Shown here: positions 55,239-64,000 of the stretch, piece by piece
How the letters are laid out: each line of letters opens with the position of its first letter
Numbering within the stretch: the stretch's first letter is position 1
IMG/VR virus record: IMGVR_UViG_3300023084_000010
Span: 25,381 to 89,380 of that record
Length of the DNA stretch: 64,000 nucleotides
Origin: a virus
Reading direction: 5' to 3' (one strand)
Made by a program: the position numbers and the translations under genes
Notes under the pieces: model-generated
Seen by the model: only the letters and a program-made list of their open reading frames with translations
Database searches by the model: none
Told to the model about the DNA's origin: nothing

Positions 55239-57047
55239 TTAAACAGTTGTTTCACCAGCAGTTGATGATGCAAGATCTACATTTGTTGAAGGGAATGCTC
55301 TACCTGTGCCCCAAATAATTCTTACAGCACCTGGGCCACCATAACTGTTTGGACTGTTGCCAAAGCGACCGTAGCCTCCGCCGCCGTAACTACCCGCAAT
55401 GCCGTCGGCATTTGTGCTAACACTTGATCCTTTGGTGCCGTTAGGGCCACTGTTAACAGTTGTATAATAACCTACTTGACCACCGGAACCTGCGCCGCCG
55501 TTTCCGCCGTGACTGCCACTATAGGTTCCTGGGTTTGCACCTCTAGCACCGCTGGCACCTTCTCCGTACACGCCAACGCCACCACCACCGCCAGCGGTGT
55601 AGTCACCATAAGAGCCACCACCGCCTCCGCCGCCTGAACCAGCAGTTGCACTATAAAATGGATTTGCCGATCCAGTGCCGTAGCCACCTCTGCCACCATT
55701 ACCTGAGTACCCGCCAGCACCTCCTCCGCCAGGTTCAGTTCCTCCTGTTCCCCAAGTTCCATCACCGCCATTGCCACCGCCGTCTCCGGTGTAACTACCT
55801 CCGCCGCCAAATTGGCCAGCGCCGCTAAGACCTGTAGGAGGAATTCCGCCTCCTCCTTTGACAGTAGATGTGTTTATAAAATAACTATCACCGCCGTTAC
55901 ATGTGGAAAGATTGTCAGATCCAATACGACTACCACGTCTGCCTACGACAACTGTATACGATTGACCAGGAGTAACAGGAATATTATTTTTCCATCCTAG
56001 ACCGCCACCACCAGAACTAACAGAAGGAGTGTTTAGACCTGCACCGCCACCACCGATAGCAACTACACAAACACTAGTTACACCTTCTGGTGCAATCCAA
56101 CTATGTGTTCCTACTGTGTCAAATAATACACCACCCGGTGGGGCAGCGAATGCTAGGTCCAATGTAGAGGTAAAATATGCTGTGTTGATTCCGTCAGTTG
56201 CTGAAAATGTTATATCGAAACTACCAGCATTTGATTCATTTGTACTCGGTGTAATAGTGAAAACATTAGAATTAGCACCTGTTCCTTGACTAACTGTAGC
56301 TTGATTTGTTAAACCACTAGTTGTATATCCTATTGTAGTATCGAATCCCTCGGGATCGGTTACATTCAATGTTATTACTGTGGCTGTTCCATCTGTTGCT
56401 AATTGATATTCGCTTTCGGCACCTGAAATTGACGGGTTTTGGTTTATTAATGCAATTTGATACCACCCATTATTCCAGAAAAATAATCTGTCTGTGTCTT
56501 CTGCAAATGCCATGTCTCCAATATTGTTATTAGTTTCTGGAAACAAATCTTGTTGAGAATAAACTGTAACTGCACCACCATTGGCTTGTGGAGTCACAAA
56601 ACTAAAATTACCTGATCCGTCTGTTTGTAATACTTGTCCGTTTGTACCGTCTGTAATTCCTAAATCTGTCAGTGTAGATGGAATACTAGTTGACAATGCA
56701 TAAGGTGCTACACTAGGCACATTTGGTGGAGTATATGTAAAAACACCTGTTGTATTATTATAAGAAAGTGCTCCGTTTCCAGAAGGTTCAGATGCAGTTA
56801 CAATGCTTAAATCTGTTAAAGCAATGCCTCCTCCGCCGCCAGCACTGGATTTTTCTTTCCATTCAATCGTACTAGTTGTATCATTCTCAACTGCAATATA
56901 AGTAATCTCATTTGATTCATTATACCAAATTTCTCCTTCTATAGGATTAGAAGGCTGTACAGCACTGACTGTTGTTTTTTTGCCGCCGCCAGATATTCCT
57001 TTAATAGCTGCTTTTTCTTGCTTATATGTTTTTAGTGATCTTCCCAT
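55239..57047 (-). CDS. Fibre protein with Ig-like module and Gly-rich C-terminal domain
   Basis: LTDLGITDGTNGQ, FAEDTDRLF, LATDGT.TVITL, P.GVTSVCVVAIGGGG...GAVRIIWG.GRAFPSTNV. Confidence 0.78.
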   Translation of the reverse strand: MGRSLKTYKQEKAAIKGISGGGKKTTVSAVQPSNPIEGEIWYNESNEITYIAVENDTTSTIEWKEKSSAGGGGGIALTDLSIVTASEPSGNGALSYNNTTGVFTYTPPNVPSVAPYALSTSIPSTLTDLGITDGTNGQVLQTDGSGNFSFVTPQANGGAVTVYSQQDLFPETNNNIGDMAFAEDTDRLFFWNNGWYQIALINQNPSISGAESEYQLATDGTATVITLNVTDPEGFDTTIGYTTSGLTNQATVSQGTGANSNVFTITPSTNESNAGSFDITFSATDGINTAYFTSTLDLAFAAPPGGVLFDTVGTHSWIAPEGVTSVCVVAIGGGGAGLNTPSVSSGGGGLGWKNNIPVTPGQSYTVVVGRRGSRIGSDNLSTCNGGDSYFINTSTVKGGGGIPPTGLSGAGQFGGGGSYTGDGGGNGGDGTWGTGGTEPGGGGAGGYSGNGGRGGYGTGSANPFYSATAGSGGGGGGGSYGDYTAGGGGGVGVYGEGASGARGANPGTYSGSHGGNGGAGSGGQVGYYTTVNSGPNGTKGSSVSTNADGIAGSYGGGGYGRFGNSPNSYGGPGAVRIIWGTGRAFPSTNVDLASSTAGETTV

Positions 57048-57059
57048 AATATTACTTAT

Positions 57060-58535
57060 CTAGATAGTTGTTTCACCTGCTGTCGAATCTGCTAATGACA
57101 CGTTTGTAGATGGAAATGCTCGCCCGTTGCCCCAAATAATTCTTACAGCGCCATTTGCACCAGCGCCAGGAGTAAATGCCGCCGCTTCGCCGCCGGCTCC
57201 CCCGCCTCCGTATAGACCGCCAGCACCATTTGCTCCGTCATTTACTCCGTTAGATCCATTTGCACCACCTGATCCGCCGCCGCCGCCACTGCCAGTGACA
57301 GTTCCCGCTCCGCCAGTGCCACTTGCGCCTTCGCCATATAAACCAACTCCGCCGCCTCCGCCTGCATCCTGATTTTCTGTGGAGCCACCTCCACCTCCAC
57401 CTCCTGCGCCAATGCCCCCTGTAACAGGAGAGGTGTCAACAAGATTATCTGCTCCAGTGCCGCCGTTTCCAGAATAGCCGCCGGCGCCTCCGCCGCCGCC
57501 TGGTGCGTATGATGTGTGTCCTTGCCCGCCGTTGCCGCCATTACCACCGCCATTACGTGCTGATCCAGATGACGTGCCGCCAACACCGCCGGCGGTCGGC
57601 TGGGTTGTTGCATCAATTACTCCGCCGCCGCCACCACCAGCATATAATACTGAACTATTATCAAACCACGAAGGGGTGCCATTGCCACCTGTGCCACCGC
57701 CAACTCCTACATTAACACTGAAAGATTGGCCTGGAGTAACGATTATATTATTAGCATAAGCTAATCCGCCGCCGCCTCCACCTGAAGCATCATCTGGAGT
57801 GGTATACCATCCACCACCGCCACCTGCACCTACACAAACAACACAAATCGAAGTCACATTCTCTGGAACCGTAAATGTCTGTGTATTCAAACTAGTAACT
57901 AATACACCGCCTGGTTCGGCTTCGTTAATTAAAGAACCAAAATTAATTAAATACCATCCGTTATTCCACAAAAATAATCTGTCTGTGTCTTCTGCAAATG
58001 CCATATCTCCAATGCTATTTCCAGTTATAGGCATGCTAGCTTGTGTATTGTAAACTGTAACACTGGTGTTTAGACTTGGCGTAGCGAAGGAAAAATTACT
58101 AGAACCATTTGTAGATAATAATTGTCCGTTTGTACCATCAGTGATTCCTAAATCAGTAAGTGTAGTTGGTATATTTGATGATAAAGCAAGACCAGATACA
58201 TCAGGAACACTGGGAGGAGTGTAAGTAAAAGATCCAGTTACATTATTGTAAACTATCGAAGGGTTATCCGCACCTAGTGTTGATGTACTGAAGTCTGTAA
58301 GTGCAATACTACTACCAGTGTTTCCTTTAGATAAAGATTTAAATTCTACAGTAGAAGTAGTGTCGTTTTCAATTGCAATATAAGCAACTTCGTTTACTTT
58401 ATCAAACCACTCGTCGCCTTCTACAGGATCAGAAGGTTGCGTGGCACTTACTGTTATTTTGCCACTATCGGCTCCTGCAGAAACTCCTTTTAAAGATTCT
58501 TTTTCTTGCTGTAACGCCTTTAAGGATCGTGGCAT
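57060..58535 (-). CDS. Fibre protein with Gly-rich C-terminal domain, paralog of 55239..57047
   Basis: Shares the N-terminus (RSLK...QEK...KG.S) and C-terminus (GAVRIIWG.GRAFPSTNV...STAGETT) but lacks the Ig-like module. Confidence 0.78.
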   Translation of the reverse strand: MPRSLKALQQEKESLKGVSAGADSGKITVSATQPSDPVEGDEWFDKVNEVAYIAIENDTTSTVEFKSLSKGNTGSSIALTDFSTSTLGADNPSIVYNNVTGSFTYTPPSVPDVSGLALSSNIPTTLTDLGITDGTNGQLLSTNGSSNFSFATPSLNTSVTVYNTQASMPITGNSIGDMAFAEDTDRLFLWNNGWYLINFGSLINEAEPGGVLVTSLNTQTFTVPENVTSICVVCVGAGGGGGWYTTPDDASGGGGGGLAYANNIIVTPGQSFSVNVGVGGGTGGNGTPSWFDNSSVLYAGGGGGGVIDATTQPTAGGVGGTSSGSARNGGGNGGNGGQGHTSYAPGGGGGAGGYSGNGGTGADNLVDTSPVTGGIGAGGGGGGGSTENQDAGGGGGVGLYGEGASGTGGAGTVTGSGGGGGSGGANGSNGVNDGANGAGGLYGGGGAGGEAAAFTPGAGANGAVRIIWGNGRAFPSTNVSLADSTAGETTI

Positions 58536-58538
58536 TTA

Positions 58539-61500
58539 TTAGTTCTCCGTAATTACCCAACCGTTTGCTGCATTGTAATATACTAAATGTAGTGTAGCTC
58601 TGTCGTAATCCATTAATAAATCGTCTGCTATGCCTTCAATATTTGAATTATTACGAGCAACTGTTATATTGTTTGTTCCTGCATTACCGGATCCGTCAAT
58701 TAAGTGTACTTTTGTACCCATAGTCGGATTTGCAGGTAATGATATAGTTAGTGCTCCGCCTGATGTATCAACAAAGAAGTTACCACCAGATGCTGGTAAC
58801 GTAGTACTACCAGTAAGTTCTACCCAACCATCTGCATTAGGGTTAATAATTTGTACCCATTGTGTAGAATCGACGTCTTGGAATAAAACGTACATACTAC
58901 CATCAGTTGTATGATACCATAAGTCTCCTGGCTGTCTACCAACAATTGCCGGTGCTGTATCAGAGAACTGCATACTAATACCAGCATTGTTAACAAACGA
59001 GAAGTTACCAGCACCATCAGTTGATAGTATCTGGTTAAGTGTACCGTCAGTTATACCAATATCAGTAAGTGTAGTTGGAATATCACTTACTAGTGCAACT
59101 GTACCTGATTCGTCTTTAAAAGTAACAGTTCTGTCTGCAGTTGGCTCTGTTACAACAATTGAAGTTTCGTGTGCATCTTCTGTCGTGCCTTCGACTTCAA
59201 TAATTGTATTGCCTGCAGTAGAACTAAATCTAATAGTACTGTCAGTTTCAACTTGTGTACCTACTAACTTAATAGCATTACTTGTACTTTGTAGCACAAG
59301 ATTATTGCTACTGTCAAGACTTATATTACCTTGCTGTACACCTGCTGCTTTAATTTGTATAATTTCGCCTGTGTCAGTTGTTCTATTTAATTCTAATACA
59401 TGTGATTGATCTGCAGTTGCTTTAATTAAATCGGCACCTGTAGTTGACAAATGTAAATTGATATCTAATAAGCTAGTTGTATCAGTTAGTTCACTTACAT
59501 CACGTGGTACATCTTGGAATGTTGCATTACCTGCACCATCTGTTGTTAGTACTTGATTTGCTGTTCCGTCAGTGATATCTTCTAAATCAAACAAGTCTAA
59601 CTGTGCAAACGGGTTAACAACCTGTGTCCACTGTAGTGTGTCGACGTCTTGATAAAGTACATACAAACTACCGTCTGTTGTATTGTACCATAAGTCACCT
59701 GCTACTTCATCTCCAACATTTGGTGCGTTGTCTCCAGCGTATGAAGTAGGTTTTGTTGCAGCATTTTGGAAACTAAAGTTGCCTGCGCCATCAGTTTTAA
59801 GCACTTGGTTAATAGTACCATCACTGATACCTAAGTCTGTTATTGATGTTGGAATGTCTGCTACAAATGCTACTGTACCGCTTCCATCTTTAAATGTAAT
59901 AGTATTATCTGCTGTTGGATCTGTTACTGCAAACGAAGTTTCAAATGCATCATCTGTAGCACCTTCAACATGTAAAAATGTGCCTGTATTAACTCTAATT
60001 GCACTATCTGTTTGTACTTCTGTACCGATTAATTTAATTGCTTGGTTATCTGCTTCAATAACAATGTTATTACTTGCATCAATGTTAATACTACCTTGCT
60101 GTACGCCTAGAGATTTAAGTTGAATTATCTCACCTGTATCACCAGTTCTGTCTAGTTCTAATACATGACTACTTGCATTTGCTGCTTTAATTAAATCAGC
60201 ACCAGTTGTACGTAAATGTAAGTTAATATCAAATAACCCTGTTGTATCAGTTAAGTCTGAAGCATCACGTGGTATGTCTTGGAATGTTGCATTACCTGCT
60301 CCATCGGTTGTTAGTACTTGTAAATTTGTACCGTCAGTAATATCTTCTAAGTCAAACAAGTTAAGTTGAGCAAATGGGTTAACTACTTGGATCCACTCAA
60401 TACTGTCAGCATCTTGATAGTAAACGTACAGTGAACCATCTGTTGTGTTATACCACAGGTCGCCTGCTACTTCGTCGCCTACTTCAGGTGCAGTATCTCC
60501 TGCAGTTGCAATTGGTTTTGCTGCAGCGTTTTGGAAACTAAAGTTACCGTTACCGTCTGTTTTAAGTACTTGGTTAATAGTACCATCTGCAATACCTAAA
60601 TCTGTTAAGTCAGTTGGAATATCGCTTATTAGTGCAACTGTACCATCTTCATCTTTGAAAGTAACTGTTCTGTTAAATGTCGGTTCTGTTACTGTAAATG
60701 ATATTGCTTTAGCATCATCAACTGACCCTTCTACAGATAAGAATGTGTTACCTGCAGTTGAACTAAACTTCAATGGTGCATCAATTACTGTTTCTGTATC
60801 ATTGATAGTAAGCACTGTGTTATTATTTGCTAACAGTTCAATGTTGCCTAAATCACTTGTAATTACAACGTCATTTGTGCTGTTAGTTCCAATAGTACCT
60901 TGCTGTGTACCGTTGAAATCAATTTTAATAACATCACCTGTTAAACCTGTTCTATTAAGTTCAAGTAAATGACTACTGTTTACTGTAGATTTAATCAAAT
61001 CAGCACCAGTTGTACGTAAGTGTAAGTTGATGTCAAGTAAACTTGTAGTATCAGTTAAGTCACCAATGTCTCTCGGTACATCTTGGAATGTTGCATTACC
61101 TGCACCGTCAGTTGTTAGCACTTGTAAGTTAGTTCCATCGGTAATATCTTCTAAGTCAAATAAACTTAATTGTGCAAATGGGTTGACCACTTGTACCCAT
61201 TGCTCTGTATCAACATCTTCAAACAGTACATACAAACTACCATCTGTTGTATTATACCATAAGTCACCTGGTTTTTCATCGCCAACTGTTGGTGCTGCAT
61301 CACTTGCATACGCAGTTGGACGTTCTTGTGCGTTTTGGAAAGTAAAGTTCCCATTACCATCTGTTTTAAGAACTTGGTTTAATGTGCCGTCTACGATACC
61401 TAAGTCAGTGATGCTTGTTGGGATATCGCTTACAAGAGCAACTGTACCTGTCTCGTCTTTAAACGTAACAGTTCTGTCTGCTGTAGGTTCTGTTGCAACA

Positions 61501-64000
61501 AATGAAGTTTCAAATGCATCATCTGTTGTTCCTTCGACATGTATAAATGTGTTTCCTGCACCAGCATTAAACCTAATAGCACTATTTGTTTGTACTTCAG
61601 TACCAGTAAGTATGACATCTTGGTTATCTGCTTCAATAACAATATTATTGTTTGCATCAATATTAATACTACCTTGTTGTACACCCAGTGATTTAAGTTG
61701 AATTATTTCGCCTGTATCAACTGTTCTGTCTAGTTCTAGTACGTGGCTACTCGCATTTGCTGCTTTAATTAAATCAGCACCGGTTGTACGTAGATGTAAG
61801 TTAATGTCTAGTAGACTTGTGTTGTCGGTTAAATCGCCAATGTCACGTGGTACATCCTGGAATGTAGCATTACCTGCACCATCTGTTGTAAGTACTTGGT
61901 TTGCTGTTCCGTCAGTAACATCTTCTAAGTCAAATAAACTTAATTGTGCAAACGGGTTGACTACTTGCACCCACTGTGAAGTATCAACATCTTCGTAGTA
62001 TACATACATACTACCATCATCACTGTTGTACCATAAGTCACCTGCTTCTAAGTTTCCAAATGGTGCAGTGGCTCCGATTTCGACATTAGCTCTAATACCT
62101 TGGCTTGCTAAACTTGGGTTATTGTTAAGTTGTATCCATTGACTACTATCAGCATCTTCGTAATATACATACAAGTTCATTGTAGTATCTTCAATCCAAA
62201 GATCACCGTCACGTGGACCTGCAGGAGCATTAGTGCTAACTTCAACGGCACCTGAACCGCCGCCTGCTATCTGCCATACAGATCCATCCCAAATTTTCAT
62301 TGTTAAATTGTATTGATCAGCAGTATCAAACCACAACTGTCCAGTGTCTGGATTTGCAGGAGCAACAGGGCCAATTGCTGTTATTTCGCCAATAACAAAT
62401 TCACTGCCGTTCCATTTTAGTATTTGATGATTTGCACTAGGTGCTGTAGTTGTAATATCAACGTCACTTAGTCCACTAATACTGTGATTACTAATGTCAT
62501 TTACTGTACCGCCAATAGTTTTGTTAAAGTCCCAAGTATCAGTTGTATTATTATATGTAATAGTTGCTGTACCATCTGTGCCTAAATCTGCAGTTAATCC
62601 AGCACCATTCGCTGCGGCGGCATCTGCAGCACCATTAGCAACTGTAATATTCAAATCTTCAACGTCTAGTGTAGTTGTATTGATTGTAGTTGTTGTACCA
62701 TTAACTGTTAAATCACCAGTTACAATAACGTTTGCACCAAATGTTGTGTCTGCTGCAATTTTTGCTGCATATGCAGTATCAAAGTCTGTTTGACTAAAGC
62801 TATCACCAGGAACAAACTTACTGTTAGCATTATCCCATATTAGAGATTGTCCATCAGTTGGAGCAGTTGTTGTTGTATCTACGTCTGCTAAGTCGTCAAT
62901 ACTAACTAGAGAAATTGCACTATCAAAGTCTCCTTGACTAAAGCTAGCACCTGCAACAAAAATACCTTGTGCACTATCCCAAACAAGTGTTTCTCCATCA
63001 ACTACACCTGCTGTACTAACATCAATCAAATCACTTAATTCACTTGGAATATTACTTTGGTTTAGTTGTGCCCATGCAGTGCCATTGTAGATGTAAAAGT
63101 CTAAGTTACTTTCGTCTACCCATAAGTCGCCATTGTCTGGATTTGCAGGAGGAGTAGCACCAATATTAGCACGTACTGCTTCTGAGTATGGGTTAATGTG
63201 CACCCATTGACTACTGTCTGAGTCTGTATACCAAACATACAGGTTCATTGTACTGTTGTTTAACCACAAGTCGCCTTCGCTTGGGTTACTCGGAACAGCA
63301 CCTGACAAGTTAACACTTGAACTAAAGCCTGGAGCATATGTACCTAATGCTGCATCCCAAACAAGCACACTGTTGTCTGCTGCACCTGTTGTATCTACAT
63401 CACTTAAATCTCCAATTGATTTAAGAGTAAATGCAGTATCGAAATCTGTCTGACTGAAACTATCGCCTGGAATAAATTTGCTTGTTGCATTATCCCAAAT
63501 AAGTGCTTGTCCATCGGTTGGTGCTACTGTTGTAATGTCAGTTGGTATATTACCTACTCCAACACTTGCACCCATACCGCTGTGATTGCCACAGTAGTAG
63601 TAAAGTGTAGGTGTTGCTTGAGTTACTTCAATCTCTGTATATGCACCTGCTGTACCTGGTGTTCCTACTTCAGTAACACCTGTTGTATAGTTTGTACCAC
63701 TGTTGTGTGTGCCGTCTGATGTTGTGCTAAATCTAAACGGATGTGTTGTATTACTTGCATCTGATTGATCAAATCTATATGTTCTGCCAGGTTCTAAACT
63801 TAGTATTGCTTGACTTGCACCATCAACAACAAATACTCCACCACTTACTGTTACAGTAGGATATTCAGTAATAAATTTGCCTTGCATTACAACATTGCCG
63901 TTTAATACAATGTGTCCATTTGAAGTATTAAGTGTAATGTCAGCATTGCTATGTGCTGTTAGAATCATATCTTGGCTTGTTTCAAGTGTTGTTTCACCTG
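58539..64000 (-). CDS. Giant repetitive tail-fibre-like protein; 5' end probably outside the window
   Basis: Frame stays open from 63968 to 64000; cupredoxin-like domain, GDLW repeats, four ~260-aa repeats, same type of C-terminal domain as 38492..42031. Confidence 0.8.
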   Translation of the reverse strand, partial: GETTLETSQDMILTAHSNADITLNTSNGHIVLNGNVVMQGKFITEYPTVTVSGGVFVVDGASQAILSLEPGRTYRFDQSDASNTTHPFRFSTTSDGTHNSGTNYTTGVTEVGTPGTAGAYTEIEVTQATPTLYYYCGNHSGMGASVGVGNIPTDITTVAPTDGQALIWDNATSKFIPGDSFSQTDFDTAFTLKSIGDLSDVDTTGAADNSVLVWDAALGTYAPGFSSSVNLSGAVPSNPSEGDLWLNNSTMNLYVWYTDSDSSQWVHINPYSEAVRANIGATPPANPDNGDLWVDESNLDFYIYNGTAWAQLNQSNIPSELSDLIDVSTAGVVDGETLVWDSAQGIFVAGASFSQGDFDSAISLVSIDDLADVDTTTTAPTDGQSLIWDNANSKFVPGDSFSQTDFDTAYAAKIAADTTFGANVIVTGDLTVNGTTTTINTTTLDVEDLNITVANGAADAAAANGAGLTADLGTDGTATITYNNTTDTWDFNKTIGGTVNDISNHSISGLSDVDITTTAPSANHQILKWNGSEFVIGEITAIGPVAPANPDTGQLWFDTADQYNLTMKIWDGSVWQIAGGGSGAVEVSTNAPAGPRDGDLWIEDTTMNLYVYYEDADSSQWIQLNNNPSLASQGIRANVEIGATAPFGNLEAGDLWYNSDDGSMYVYYEDVDTSQWVQVVNPFAQLSLFDLEDVTDGTANQVLTTDGAGNATFQDVPRDIGDLTDNTSLLDINLHLRTTGADLIKAANASSHVLELDRTVDTGEIIQLKSLGVQQGSINIDANNNIVIEADNQDVILTGTEVQTNSAIRFNAGAGNTFIHVEGTTDDAFETSFVATEPTADRTVTFKDETGTVALVSDIPTSITDLGIVDGTLNQVLKTDGNGNFTFQNAQERPTAYASDAAPTVGDEKPGDLWYNTTDGSLYVLFEDVDTEQWVQVVNPFAQLSLFDLEDITDGTNLQVLTTDGAGNATFQDVPRDIGDLTDTTSLLDINLHLRTTGADLIKSTVNSSHLLELNRTGLTGDVIKIDFNGTQQGTIGTNSTNDVVITSDLGNIELLANNNTVLTINDTETVIDAPLKFSSTAGNTFLSVEGSVDDAKAISFTVTEPTFNRTVTFKDEDGTVALISDIPTDLTDLGIADGTINQVLKTDGNGNFSFQNAAAKPIATAGDTAPEVGDEVAGDLWYNTTDGSLYVYYQDADSIEWIQVVNPFAQLNLFDLEDITDGTNLQVLTTDGAGNATFQDIPRDASDLTDTTGLFDINLHLRTTGADLIKAANASSHVLELDRTGDTGEIIQLKSLGVQQGSINIDASNNIVIEADNQAIKLIGTEVQTDSAIRVNTGTFLHVEGATDDAFETSFAVTDPTADNTITFKDGSGTVAFVADIPTSITDLGISDGTINQVLKTDGAGNFSFQNAATKPTSYAGDNAPNVGDEVAGDLWYNTTDGSLYVLYQDVDTLQWTQVVNPFAQLDLFDLEDITDGTANQVLTTDGAGNATFQDVPRDVSELTDTTSLLDINLHLSTTGADLIKATADQSHVLELNRTTDTGEIIQIKAAGVQQGNISLDSSNNLVLQSTSNAIKLVGTQVETDSTIRFSSTAGNTIIEVEGTTEDAHETSIVVTEPTADRTVTFKDESGTVALVSDIPTTLTDIGITDGTLNQILSTDGAGNFSFVNNAGISMQFSDTAPAIVGRQPGDLWYHTTDGSMYVLFQDVDSTQWVQIINPNADGWVELTGSTTLPASGGNFFVDTSGGALTISLPANPTMGTKVHLIDGSGNAGTNNITVARNNSNIEGIADDLLMDYDRATLHLVYYNAANGWVITEN
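58917..62033. repeat. Four tandem ~0.77-0.80 kb coding repeats
   Basis: GDLWY anchors at 62031, 61257, 60453, 59688 and 58917 (periods 774, 804, 765, 771 bp), each followed by QW.Q(V/I)(V/I)NP-type motifs. Confidence 0.85.

Noticed and set aside
57045-57062. In-frame TAG between two paralogous fibre genes suggesting read-through or amber recoding
   Set aside because: TAG ends several clearly complete genes (dnaJ, groES, ugd, HAD); the downstream gene has its own paralogous N-terminus and a TAAGTA promoter-like site
42120-58535. Diversity-generating retroelement or invertase shufflon acting on the fibre genes
   Set aside because: No reverse transcriptase, no TR/VR pair differing only at adenines, and no recombinase or inverted crossover sites seen; the paralogs are all co-oriented
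49018-63719. Numerous plus-strand ORFs of 60-224 aa opposite the fibre genes
   Set aside because: Antisense frames kept open by the Thr/Asp/Gly codon bias of the real genes; no motifs or expression signals
1-64000. tRNA, rRNA or tmRNA genes; prophage or bacterial-chromosome origin
   Set aside because: No cloverleaf or T-loop signature found by eye in the short intergenic gaps (tRNAscan-SE would be decisive). Host-like genes (clpA, dnaJ, infA, phoH) are interleaved with spanins, a gp44-like loader and TAAATA promoters, which indicates a phage genome; no integrase or att site seen

Overview
AT-rich fragment (roughly 35-37% GC by eye) of a large lytic myovirus-type (jumbo/T4-like) phage genome, with most genes on the minus strand. 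The host is a Gram-negative bacterium (spanin pair); an alphaproteobacterial host is suggested but not proven. Four blocks are visible. (1) 1-14.4 kb: late genes behind TAAATA promoters, including an array of probable capsid-internal cargo proteins with T4 CTS-like MKxxE(F/I/L)xxE N-termini, a lytic transglycosylase/LysM gene missing from the ORF track, a zincin, an NlpC/P60-like protein, UvsE, RyR-domain and EF-hand/TM proteins. (2) 14.4-21.9 kb: ClpA, DnaJ, i-/o-spanin, IF-1, PhoH and a HAD nucleotidase. (3) 21.9-34.5 kb: an early/accessory region of small genes behind near-consensus sigma70 promoters sharing a CCAAGAYRTCWT box, a gene flanked by identical 42-bp hairpin-promoter repeats, a ParB-like/HNH pair, MTA/SAH nucleosidase, clamp loader, GroES, a split-DnaE fragment, Ugd, a lipase and a PiT-like transporter behind a Pho-box-like repeat. 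(4) 34.6-64 kb: virion fibre/receptor-binding genes built from shuffled modules with LamG, beta-propeller, Gly-rich and cupredoxin-like domains. I found no tRNA, rRNA, CRISPR array, integrase or reverse transcriptase. All family assignments come from motif recognition only; no database searches were run.
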